Below the pieces are notes generated by a model. That model was not told the origin of the DNA. It saw only the letters and a program-made list of their open reading frames with translations, and made no database searches. A DNA stretch of 64,000 nucleotides from an uncultured Candidatus Saccharibacteria bacterium (lineage in GTDB: Bacteria; Patescibacteriota; Doudnabacteria; UBA920): contig CAZACP010000001.1 in assembly GCA_964483665.1 (NCBI GenBank), positions 141,896 to 205,895 of the forward strand, read 5' to 3'. The translations under genes were made by a program, and so were the position numbers. The number at the start of each line of letters is the position of its first letter. The first letter of the stretch is position 1. Shown piece after piece: positions 49,232-57,148 of this stretch.

Positions 49232-52009
49232 CTATTTTAGGTGATATGGGGCATTTATCATGCCACACTTTTTGTACTTATAAACTTTACCAGTTTCTGG
49301 ATTTATCGCTCCGCATGGGCAAGGGTCGTTCCTGCCAACTTCCAATGAATCATTATTAGTGGACGATGATGTAACGCTGTCAGATGCAACAGAATTTAAT
49401 ACAATATTTCTTTGGGCTGGGGCTGTTCCGCCAGCTGGCGGATGTATTTGCGCCTGGATTTTAAATATCATATAGGCCATTTGCTTGTTTATTTCGGCCG
49501 TCAGCCTCTGAAACATTAAATGACCTTCTTTTTTGTATTCAACCAGCGGGTCGCGCTGGCCATAGCCTCTAAGCCTTACTGAGTCTCGTAAATGGTCCAT
49601 GGTATCCAAATGCTCCATCCAGAGCTCGTCTATGCTTGAAAGAGCGACAAACCGCAAAGCGCCGTCAAACACTTCCGGCCCCATTTCGGTTTCCTTTTTA
49701 GTAAACAATTCTTCAGCTACTTTATTTAACTCATCTGTAATGGCAAACTCTTCGTCCGCGGCATTTTTTGAGGCTTCTTTTATTCTTTCTTTTAGCGAAC
49801 TATCTACCGGCATTAACATGCCCGCGGATTTTATAACTTCTTCGTACGGATCTGAGTTATTTTCCCCGGCAGATTCATAAGCAAATTTTACTATATTTGC
49901 GATTTCGTCCTTTATTATATTTAAGTATTCATCCCTAAGTTGTTTTTCGTCTTCTTTAAGTTCGCTTTGTTTTACTAAACCGGGCAAATATTTTCGGCGA
50001 AGCTTGTAAATATGATTACGCTGATGGTTAAGCACATCGTCAAATTCCAGCACGTGTTTTCGGGTGTCAAAGTTAAGTCCCTCAATTTTTTTCTGCGCGG
50101 ATTCAATCGATTTACTAACCATCCCTGCTTCTATAGGCTGGTCGTCGGGAAGTCCCAAGGTTGTCATTATAGACTTCATTCGTTCGCCGCCAAACAGGCG
50201 CATTAGGTCGTCTTCCATTGAAACAAAAAATTGGCTGCTGCCTGGGTCGCCCTGACGCCCGCTACGACCCCTAAGCTGGTTGTCTATGCGGCGCGACTCG
50301 TGCCGTTCTGTGCCTAAAACATGCAATCCCCCGGCTTTTTTAACTTCTTCGGCTTCAGCAATAACATCCGGGCCGTTAGGTCCTGAGCCTGCCGAAGGGT
50401 TACCACCAAGCAATATGTCCACACCGCGTCCGGCAATGTTAGTAGCGAGTGTAATTTGGCCTAAGCGCCCGGCCTGAGCTATTATGCTGGCTTCACGTTC
50501 ATGATTTTTGGCGTTTAAAATTTCAAAAGGCAAACCCTCTTTTTTTAGGTAGTCTGCCAAAAGCTCGTTTTTGGCAATGCTAACCGTACCAATTAATACC
50601 GGTTGGCCTTTTCTGTGCCGCTCTTTAATTTCTTTGGCTATGGCCGTAAACTTCGCGTCTTCGGTTTTATAAACCATGTCCTGTAAGTCCTGCCTTTGGT
50701 TTGGCTTGTTAGTAGGAATTTGTTCAACAGTTAGCTTATAAATTTTGAAGAATTCTTCTTCTTCAGTTTTAGCCGTACCGGTCATACCGGACAGAAACCA
50801 ATAGAGCCTAAAAAGATTTTGGAAGGTAATGGTTGCCAAAGTTTTGCTTTCGGCCTGAATTTTTACGCCTTCCTTAGCTTCTATCGCTTGGTGCAGACCC
50901 TCCGAGTACCTTCTACCAAACATCATGCGGCCGGTAAATTCGTCCACAATAATAATTTCGCCGTCCTTAACTACATAATCGCGGTCTTTTTTAAACAAAG
51001 TCTTAGCCTTTAAAGCCTGCTCAATATGGTGTATGGTAGTAACGCCCTTAGAAGTGTCGTAAATATTTTTCACGCCCAGAATTTTTTCTATTTTGGTAAT
51101 ACCGGCGTCAGTTAAAGAAGTGGCTTTCTTTTTTTCGTCTATAACATAGTCTGTGGCTTCATCTAATTTTTCCACTATTTTGGCAAAATCAACATACTTA
51201 GATGTCGCGTCGGTATCGGGCGAACTTATAATTAAAGGAGTTCTGGCTTCGTCAATTAAAATTGAGTCGACTTCATCCACAATCGCAAAGAATAATTCTC
51301 TTTGCGAAAGTTGCATGGCGTGCTGCGCCATATTGTCGCGTAAATAGTCGAACCCAAACTCGTTGTTAGTACCATAAGTAATGTCGGCTGCGTAAGCTTC
51401 TTTGCGAGAAACCTTTCTCATATGCTTCACGTCTAAAACCAAGCCCTGTACCTGGCCTTCCACAGCTTTTATTTCTTCTTCATCGGGCTGGTAACTAGGG
51501 TCGTAAAGGAAAGACGCTTCGTGCTGAATAGAAGCAACACTAAGACCCAGGTAGTGGTAAATAGGTCCCATTAAAGAAGCCTGCCACCTGGCCAAATAGT
51601 CGTTAACAGTAACTAAATGAGCGCCTTTGCCGGCCAAAGCGTACAAGACCAACGGCAAACTTGCGGTTAGAGTCTTGCCTTCCCCGGTTTTCATTTCCGC
51701 AATGCGGTTGTCAGACAAAGCCATACCGCCAACTATTTGGACATCGTAATGTCTTTGGCCAGTAGTGCGTTTTGCCGCTTCCCTTACAAGCGCAAAAACC
51801 CTTGGCCTAATTTCGGTTAATTTCTCTTTGATTTCTTCCTTTGTCTTTAAATCTCCAATTTGCAATTTAAAATCTAAAATTTCTTTCTTTATTTGGTCTT
51901 CTGTCAGTTTAGACACCTCATCGTTAAAAGAATTTACCAAGTCCAAATCGCCCTGGTACTTTTCCAAAGCTGGCTTTTCCCCGCCAAATAATTTGCTAAA
52001 AAACGACAT
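49232..52009 (-). CDS. secA: Protein translocase ATPase SecA
   Basis: EMKTGEGKT, IVDEVDSILIDEARTPLIIS, RGRSGRQGDPG and GRNDPCPCG motifs; start MSFFSKLFG at 52009. Confidence 0.98.
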   Translation of the reverse strand: MSFFSKLFGGEKPALEKYQGDLDLVNSFNDEVSKLTEDQIKKEILDFKLQIGDLKTKEEIKEKLTEIRPRVFALVREAAKRTTGQRHYDVQIVGGMALSDNRIAEMKTGEGKTLTASLPLVLYALAGKGAHLVTVNDYLARWQASLMGPIYHYLGLSVASIQHEASFLYDPSYQPDEEEIKAVEGQVQGLVLDVKHMRKVSRKEAYAADITYGTNNEFGFDYLRDNMAQHAMQLSQRELFFAIVDEVDSILIDEARTPLIISSPDTDATSKYVDFAKIVEKLDEATDYVIDEKKKATSLTDAGITKIEKILGVKNIYDTSKGVTTIHHIEQALKAKTLFKKDRDYVVKDGEIIIVDEFTGRMMFGRRYSEGLHQAIEAKEGVKIQAESKTLATITFQNLFRLYWFLSGMTGTAKTEEEEFFKIYKLTVEQIPTNKPNQRQDLQDMVYKTEDAKFTAIAKEIKERHRKGQPVLIGTVSIAKNELLADYLKKEGLPFEILNAKNHEREASIIAQAGRLGQITLATNIAGRGVDILLGGNPSAGSGPNGPDVIAEAEEVKKAGGLHVLGTERHESRRIDNQLRGRSGRQGDPGSSQFFVSMEDDLMRLFGGERMKSIMTTLGLPDDQPIEAGMVSKSIESAQKKIEGLNFDTRKHVLEFDDVLNHQRNHIYKLRRKYLPGLVKQSELKEDEKQLRDEYLNIIKDEIANIVKFAYESAGENNSDPYEEVIKSAGMLMPVDSSLKERIKEASKNAADEEFAITDELNKVAEELFTKKETEMGPEVFDGALRFVALSSIDELWMEHLDTMDHLRDSVRLRGYGQRDPLVEYKKEGHLMFQRLTAEINKQMAYMIFKIQAQIHPPAGGTAPAQRNIVLNSVASDSVTSSSTNNDSLEVGRNDPCPCGAINPETGKVYKYKKCGMINAPYHLK

Positions 52010-52170
52010 AGTAGTTTTAAACAATATAACTCTCTCCAAGAATCCAAGAGATGTCCCGTATTTGCGGGACAGAGAGGTTGATATTAACGTCTTTAAATGC
52101 CTCGATATTATACTATATATACACCAATTTGAAAACCCTAAAAACAAAGAGAAAGGCCGCCGTCAAAACA

Positions 52171-52416
52171 TCATGACGGCGCCGAGTCACCGGCCGATTT
52201 TAGCGAACATTTTTGCAGATCGCGCATAAAAAATACCCTAGTAACACGATTATCAAATGTAGCTGCTAAAAACGAGCAGTCGCCTACAAACACCACACGG
52301 AACTCCTGTCCTTCAAACTCAAAACAGAGTCCATTGTAAAGCATCATTTTTCCCCTCATTCTTCGCAGGCAAGTCCAGGCACTTGTCTTTCCTGCCTTGT
52401 GTATTTGCACTGGCAA
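52171..52416 (-). CDS. Small hypothetical protein, start uncertain (possibly the ATG near 52347 after GAGGGG)
   Basis: ORF track; lies downstream of an operator copy and ends in a hairpin. Confidence 0.35.
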   Translation of the reverse strand: MPVQIHKAGKTSAWTCLRRMRGKMMLYNGLCFEFEGQEFRVVFVGDCSFLAATFDNRVTRVFFMRDLQKCSLKSAGDSAPS

Positions 52417-52477
52417 CTAGCCCCAAAATAACCAGTTGCCAATTCAAATTTCGAGTCCTTTTGCACTTGCGTACTAG

Positions 52478-52507
52478 CCTGCCCGCCGAAGCTTTAACGA
52501 AGGAGGG
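52478..52507. repeat. 30-nt palindromic mini-element inserted in a TrpR-operator copy
   Basis: cctgcccgccgaagctttaacgaaggaggg; removing it restores gcgtactagtacactgaaacata. Confidence 0.8.
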
Positions 52508-52571
52508 TACACTGAAACATAAAGATGGGCGGCAGGTTTCCTAGGCCTGCCGCAATTGTAAACGCAAGGAC

Positions 52572-52898
52572 TTAATCTGTGATCCAGCCACCTTGCGCGA
52601 CGTTTGAAAAATCGTAAACTTGTTGATAGTCAGGCTTATACTGAGCCAGCAATGGTTCTATTGTTGGGTAGAATTTTTCATCTACCATTGCACTAATAAT
52701 TTTACTGCTTCCGTCCGCCTCGGAGCGCAGATCAATGTGCGCGACACTTGTTCCATTGCGCTTAAGTGTGACAGAAACATCTGCCAACCCAAGCTCAGTT
52801 CCTTCAAACAATAAAGAGCCTAAAATCTCAGAGATTTTTTCAAACACTTTTCCCTCTTTCCTTGCAAGCGAGTACCCAAGCGCTCTTACCGCCTGCAT
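52572..52898 (-). CDS. Hypothetical 108-aa protein, first gene after the Trp attenuator
   Basis: MQAVRALG...GGWITD; the longer ORF-track version runs through the attenuator and is probably spurious. Confidence 0.6.
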   Translation of the reverse strand: MQAVRALGYSLARKEGKVFEKISEILGSLLFEGTELGLADVSVTLKRNGTSVAHIDLRSEADGSSKIISAMVDEKFYPTIEPLLAQYKPDYQQVYDFSNVAQGGWITD

Positions 52899-52985
52899 TG
52901 TAGTTTTGCGCTGGATTAAATACACATCAAGTAACTTAAGCACTAAGATGCTAGTACACTGAAGCAAAAAGATGTGAACCAGGCC

Positions 52986-53019
52986 AAAACAAAACCACCT
53001 TCCGCAAAGGAAAGTGGTT
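52986..53019 (-). terminator. Attenuator terminator (3:4 hairpin)
   Basis: AACCACUUUCC-UUUGC-GGAAGGUGGUU followed by UUGUUUU. Confidence 0.85.
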
Positions 53020-53053
53020 AGAAAGAAGATTAATCCGCCGATTGACGAAAACA

Positions 53054-53128
53054 CTAAACCACGAACTTTGCGAAAGAAGGCAAAGTCCACCAAGCTGAAA
53101 CTGTATATTTTATAACTGCTTTACTCAT
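53054..53128 (-). CDS. trpL: Tryptophan attenuator leader peptide MSKAVIKYTVSAWWTLPSFAKFVV
   Basis: Tandem TGG TGG at 53092-53087; overlapping alternative hairpins; terminator downstream; trpR adjacent. Confidence 0.8.
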   Translation of the reverse strand: MSKAVIKYTVSAWWTLPSFAKFVV

Positions 53129-53134
53129 ATTGCT

Positions 53135-53163
53135 AGTTTATAGCACAGCAAAACCTTTGTCAA
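53135..53163 (-). promoter_or_regulatory. Sigma-70 promoter of the leader, giving a leaderless transcript
   Basis: TTGACA-N17-TAAACT with the ATG 6 nt after the -10 box. Confidence 0.75.
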
Positions 53164-53166
53164 TAG

Positions 53167-53180
53167 CGTACTAGTACGCT
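53167..53180. promoter_or_regulatory. TrpR-type operator palindrome GCGTACTAGTACGC
   Basis: Perfect 14-bp palindrome with ACTAGT core just upstream of the -35 box; divergent trpR-like gene. Confidence 0.7.
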
Positions 53181-53225
53181 GAAACATACAGTAAAAAAGA
53201 TTTCACCTAATTATTCACAACCCGA

Positions 53226-53263
53226 TTTACAAAAAAACTTTTATGTTCTATTGTACTAGTACA
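53226..53263 (+). promoter_or_regulatory. trpR promoter with overlapping operator TGTACTAGTACA (probable autorepression)
   Basis: TTTACA-N17-TATTGT; 12-bp palindrome at 53252-53263. Confidence 0.65.
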
Positions 53264-53279
53264 GTAACGTAAAAGGCTT

Positions 53280-53573
53280 ATGCAATACAAACACGAGTAT
53301 GGTATGGAGCTAGAAAAATTAATAGAAAAAATTGGGCAGGGTAAAGACAAAAAACTTATGCGTGAGTTTTTGTTTGACCTGCTCTCCCCCGCCGAGTACC
53401 GCGAACTTGCCGTCCGCTGGCAAATTGTTAAAATGCTTGAAAACAAAGTTCCGCACAGAGAAATCGCAAAAAAACTTAAGGTTAGCGTGGCAACCATAAA
53501 CCGGGGTAGTATGGAACTGGCCAATAAAAAAGGCGGCTTTAAGGCCGCGCTTGGGAAGTATTATAAATCTTAG
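53280..53573 (+). CDS. trpR: Trp repressor family protein (TrpR/YerC-YecD)
   Basis: FLFDLLSPAEYRELAVRWQI...PHREIAKKLKVSVATINRGS matches the TrpR pattern LLTxxE...R...SIATITRGS. Confidence 0.88.
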   Translation: MQYKHEYGMELEKLIEKIGQGKDKKLMREFLFDLLSPAEYRELAVRWQIVKMLENKVPHREIAKKLKVSVATINRGSMELANKKGGFKAALGKYYKS

Positions 53574-53587
53574 GTTTTGCTTGGTTT

Positions 53588-53647
53588 CTGGATCCCGGAT
53601 ATTTTTTGCCGATGTTAGCATAGTACAAAAAAATTCCGGGATGACAG
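53588..53647. repeat. REP/RPE-like palindromic element between convergent genes
   Basis: ctggatcccgga...tccgggatgacag arms around an inner hairpin. Confidence 0.55.
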
Positions 53648-53670
53648 TGTTTTGATGTTAAATTCTTAGA

Positions 53671-54000
53671 TTACACACCTTTAGCCATTCTTCTGGCTTT
53701 TTTTATCTTACTCAATTTTTTTTCTTTTGCTTTAGCCAACTGCTCGCGAATTTTTGGCATTACTAAATCCATAGCCGAATAAAAGTCCATACCATAACTT
53801 TCCGCATAGCAGCCGTTGGGCTTTATATCTACTTCCGCTCTGTTAAACATGCCGTTTTTATGGCGCTTTGAAACTTCTAGTTCGACGTGGATTTTGTGTT
53901 CAGGTTTTAAAAATTTTTCAACTGAGGAAAGCTTGTCTTCTATAAATGCCTTTATAGCCGGGGTTAAGGTGGTATTGGTTGCTTTGTAGCTAATATTCAT
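53671..54000 (-). CDS. raiA: Ribosome hibernation factor (RaiA/HPF short form)
   Basis: LTPAIKAFIEDKL...VELE...DFYSAMDLV..KIREQL. Confidence 0.85.
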   Translation of the reverse strand: MNISYKATNTTLTPAIKAFIEDKLSSVEKFLKPEHKIHVELEVSKRHKNGMFNRAEVDIKPNGCYAESYGMDFYSAMDLVMPKIREQLAKAKEKKLSKIKKARRMAKGV

Positions 54001-54070
54001 AGTTCACAGATGCACCGATGTCACTGATGACACAGGTGCTATAAATTATTATTCAGTTACCTACATTATA

Positions 54071-55252
54071 TCACACTAATTCTTTTAAATCAGACTCAAA
54101 AAAACCTACTAATTCAGGCTCTATGTGGATATTAATTTGGAGTTTATCGTAAATGGTTTTTTTGACCATTTTTGCTAAATTTAATACGTCTTTGGCTGTA
54201 GCAAGACCATTTTTATTAATAATAACCAAAGGCTGATTTTTATTTATAGCCGCTCCGCCAAACTCCAAGTCTTTTATACCGCATAACTCAAACAAAAACG
54301 CTGTAGGAATTTTAATGTTTTTATCTTCAACAAATTTCCTGCTGTCCAACCCGTTAAATTCCGCATGGCCCCAAAGTTCCTTAACTTTTTCCGCCAATTC
54401 CGCGTAACCGTTTTCATTTGTGACGTAATTTTTAAAAAATGAGCCCGCGTTACCTAAAACAGCTTCGGTTGGGAAAGGAAATTTGCCGTCTCGTATATCT
54501 ATAACAGACCGGCGAATTGATAAAAGGGAGGGGTTTGGAGTCCCGGAAAATCTTATAGCGAGGTCGCGATAATTTAAAATAGGATTTGGGTTTTTATAAA
54601 GTTTAAAAGTAATATAAAAAATTATATACCGGCCTTTTTGAGTTGTGTTAAAAATGCTCGAGCGGTACTCAAACCCGCAAGCTTCGTTTTTTAAATTGGT
54701 TATTTCGTGAGTTTTGGTGTCAAAAACCGTTACCGATTCAATAACATTTTTTGCTTCCTGGCCGTAGGCGCCAACGTTCTGAACCGCAATAGCGCCGGTA
54801 GAGCCCGGAATGTGCGACAAATTTTCTATCCCCCACCAGTTATTTTTAACCGCAAAAGCAACCACACTGTCCCAATTTTCACCGGACGCGACTTTAAGCA
54901 AAACTGAGTTTTTTTCCATTCCGAGGCTTTGCGAGGAATCCCTTTTTTTGATTTTATCATCATGCTTAAGGGATCCCTCGGCCGCACTCGGGATGGTTAA
55001 TGCATCAGAACTTCCTATTACCTCAATCCCGCTATTTGCGACTCTTATCACTAGCCCGTTAAATCCACTATCGCTAATTAAAACATTACTTCCGCCCCCC
55101 AAAATAAACACCGGCAAATTTTTTTCTTTGGCAAATTCAAAAGCCGTTAAAGCGTCAAACTGGTCTTTAACTTCGCAAAAATATTTTGCCTCCCCGCCTA
55201 TTTTAAAGGTGGTGTAAGGCGCTAATTTTATTTTTTCTATAATTTGCATCAA
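54071..55252 (-). CDS. murB: UDP-N-acetylenolpyruvoylglucosamine reductase
   Basis: TTFKIGG, LGGGSN, IPG, QNVGAYG, YRSS and NAGSFFKN motifs; contains an in-frame palindromic insertion. Confidence 0.96.
   Translation of the reverse strand: MMQIIEKIKLAPYTTFKIGGEAKYFCEVKDQFDALTAFEFAKEKNLPVFILGGGSNVLISDSGFNGLVIRVANSGIEVIGSSDALTIPSAAEGSLKHDDKIKKRDSSQSLGMEKNSVLLKVASGENWDSVVAFAVKNNWWGIENLSHIPGSTGAIAVQNVGAYGQEAKNVIESVTVFDTKTHEITNLKNEACGFEYRSSIFNTTQKGRYIIFYITFKLYKNPNPILNYRDLAIRFSGTPNPSLLSIRRSVIDIRDGKFPFPTEAVLGNAGSFFKNYVTNENGYAELAEKVKELWGHAEFNGLDSRKFVEDKNIKIPTAFLFELCGIKDLEFGGAAINKNQPLVIINKNGLATAKDVLNLAKMVKKTIYDKLQINIHIEPELVGFFESDLKELV
54916..54996. repeat. 81-nt palindromic element in frame within murB
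   Basis: ccattccgaggctttgcgaggaatccctt...aagggatccctcggccgcactcgggatgg. Confidence 0.75.
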
Positions 55253-55370
55253 CTTTTGATATTTTGCAAAGACTTATATTTTTCATCAAGCGCAGTAATT
55301 ACCCCTTCTACTGTTGTCATCTCATTAAAACCCTCTTGTTTAAGCTCAAGCAGTGCTTTAAATAAATATA

Positions 55371-55694
55371 TTACAGTTTTATCTTCAACATTAAAAGTAG
55401 TTTGCCGGTTTCGTAAAGCAGCAGAGCCTTATTGCCAAAAAATTTATACAGGGAGCCAAAAGTTGTTTCCGACTTAATTTCACCATTTCTCGTATTTATA
55501 TCTAAGCAGGTCAGAGCCAACAAGAGCATTTCCCTCCTTTGCTTTATATTTTGCTCAACAGACTGAATAAAATCGGCAGTTTGTAAAAATTCTTCCCACT
55601 CTTTTGCTTTGTCTATTTCTCCTTGTGTCTTACCTGCCGGAAAAACCTTTCTAAATTCCTCTTCATCAAAATTAAATTCGGCGTTATTTTGCAT
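55371..55694 (-). CDS. Hypothetical protein, probably frameshifted and extending to the TGA at about 55250
   Basis: 107-aa ORF; an alternate frame TTFNVEDK...KSLQNIKS ends in TGATG overlapping the murB start. Confidence 0.5.
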   Translation of the reverse strand: MQNNAEFNFDEEEFRKVFPAGKTQGEIDKAKEWEEFLQTADFIQSVEQNIKQRREMLLLALTCLDINTRNGEIKSETTFGSLYKFFGNKALLLYETGKLLLMLKIKL

Positions 55695-55699
55695 AAAAT

Positions 55700-57148
55700 C
55701 TATATTTCGTAACTTAGCCGGTTAAAATCCCCCACTGCCATAACAACTACCACATCCCCTTCCTTGGTTTCCTTTTTTAAAATTTCTAAAGCTTCTTGTT
55801 TGGTTTTAACAAGACGCTTGCGGTCTGCGGGCAGGCCGAGGGCCTGCACTACATCGGAAGACGATATTGTAGCTTCTGAAACTTTTTCACGCGCGGGGTA
55901 GATTTCCGCAATTAAAACTTGGTCTGCCGCACCAAAAGCCTTTGACAATTCATTTAAAGTGGCTTTGGTGCGTGAAAACGTATGGGGCTCAAAAATTGCC
56001 CACAACTTAGGCGCTTGGTTTTGACTATTCGCTTTTAGGCCAGAAAAATACTTTAGACGGGCGGCTTCTAGTGTCTCACGGACCGCTGTCGGGTGGTGTG
56101 CATAGTCGTCTATTATTGTTACCCCGTTTTTAACACCAATAACCTCGAATCTGCGCTTTAAGCCGGTAAAGGTTACTAAATCCAACGCAATCTGATCGGG
56201 CTGAAAACCCAAAGATCTTAAAATTGCCACAACTGCCAAGGCATTGTAGACATTTAATTTTCCCGGCAGCTGGATTTGATAGTCTTCAGTCAAACCAAGA
56301 GCCTTGGCGCTAAGGTTTTTGGAAAATTTATTTATGACTGAAAACTTGGTATATTGGCCGTACTGGATATTTTCGACTTTGTAGTCTGCTTCATTTTCTA
56401 TACCAAAACTAGCGCTGGCCACATTAGACTCATTAACCAGCTTAACCAAATTTGGGTCATCAGCGTTGTAAATTATTAGCCCGTCTTCCGGCAAATTGGC
56501 AATTAACTGCCTAAATTCGTCTTCTAAAGCTTCCAAGCTTTCAAAAATGTCCGGGTGGTCGTATTCCAAGTTAGTTAAAACCAAAATATCGGGCTTGTAA
56601 TAGTGAAATTTTGGCGCCGGGTCGTCAAACTGTTCTTTGTATTCGTCGCCCTCAAACACAAAATAGTGCCCGTTGCCCAAAGAAAAATTGCTATGATAAT
56701 TTTGCAAAACCGCGCCGGCCATAAAACTGCTGTCGTCCAAATTTTTTAAGACATGGCCTAACATGGCGGTAGTGGTCGACTTGCCGTGAGTGCCGGTTAC
56801 TACAACTCGCAAATTTTCCCTGCTTAATTCATACAGCAGTTCGGCCAATCCGGCCCTGGGCAAATTGTTTTGGATTATATATTTAGCCTCCGGGTTTTCC
56901 AAACCCTCTCCGGCTGAAAGAATATATAAATCCGCCGGGTGTTTTTTTATATTTTCTTCGGCGTAGCCTATTGTGTAGCCAATTTCATTGTCATCCAGCA
57001 CGTCTTTGGCCGGCGAATATACGGATTTTGAATCTGAACCAAAAACTTCAAGGCCTTTTAACTTGGCCAAGTTCGCGCAAGCTGACATAGCGATTCCGCC
57101 AATGCCGACAAAATAGACTGAATTAACTTTTTCAAAATTTTCTAGCAT
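55700..57148 (-). CDS. murC: UDP-N-acetylmuramate--L-alanine ligase (MurC/Mpl family)
   Basis: GIGGIAMS, GTHGKSTTT, EGDEY, DHPD, DDYAHHPT and FEPHTFSRT motifs; between murG and murB. Confidence 0.88.
   Translation of the reverse strand: MLENFEKVNSVYFVGIGGIAMSACANLAKLKGLEVFGSDSKSVYSPAKDVLDDNEIGYTIGYAEENIKKHPADLYILSAGEGLENPEAKYIIQNNLPRAGLAELLYELSRENLRVVVTGTHGKSTTTAMLGHVLKNLDDSSFMAGAVLQNYHSNFSLGNGHYFVFEGDEYKEQFDDPAPKFHYYKPDILVLTNLEYDHPDIFESLEALEDEFRQLIANLPEDGLIIYNADDPNLVKLVNESNVASASFGIENEADYKVENIQYGQYTKFSVINKFSKNLSAKALGLTEDYQIQLPGKLNVYNALAVVAILRSLGFQPDQIALDLVTFTGLKRRFEVIGVKNGVTIIDDYAHHPTAVRETLEAARLKYFSGLKANSQNQAPKLWAIFEPHTFSRTKATLNELSKAFGAADQVLIAEIYPAREKVSEATISSSDVVQALGLPADRKRLVKTKQEALEILKKETKEGDVVVVMAVGDFNRLSYEI

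Noticed and set aside
52010-52147. 46-aa N-terminal extension of SecA, considered as a SecM-like leader
   Set aside because: SecA homology starts at MSFFSKLFG; the extension has no signal or arrest features and begins at a non-ATG codon.
52899-53093. Hydrophobic N-terminal extension of the 173-aa ORF
   Set aside because: It runs through the leader peptide region and the U-rich terminator, which explains the Phe/Leu bias; the ATG at 52898 is more plausible.
53207-53621. Two minus-strand ORFs overlapping trpR
   Set aside because: Antisense to a clear TrpR-family gene.
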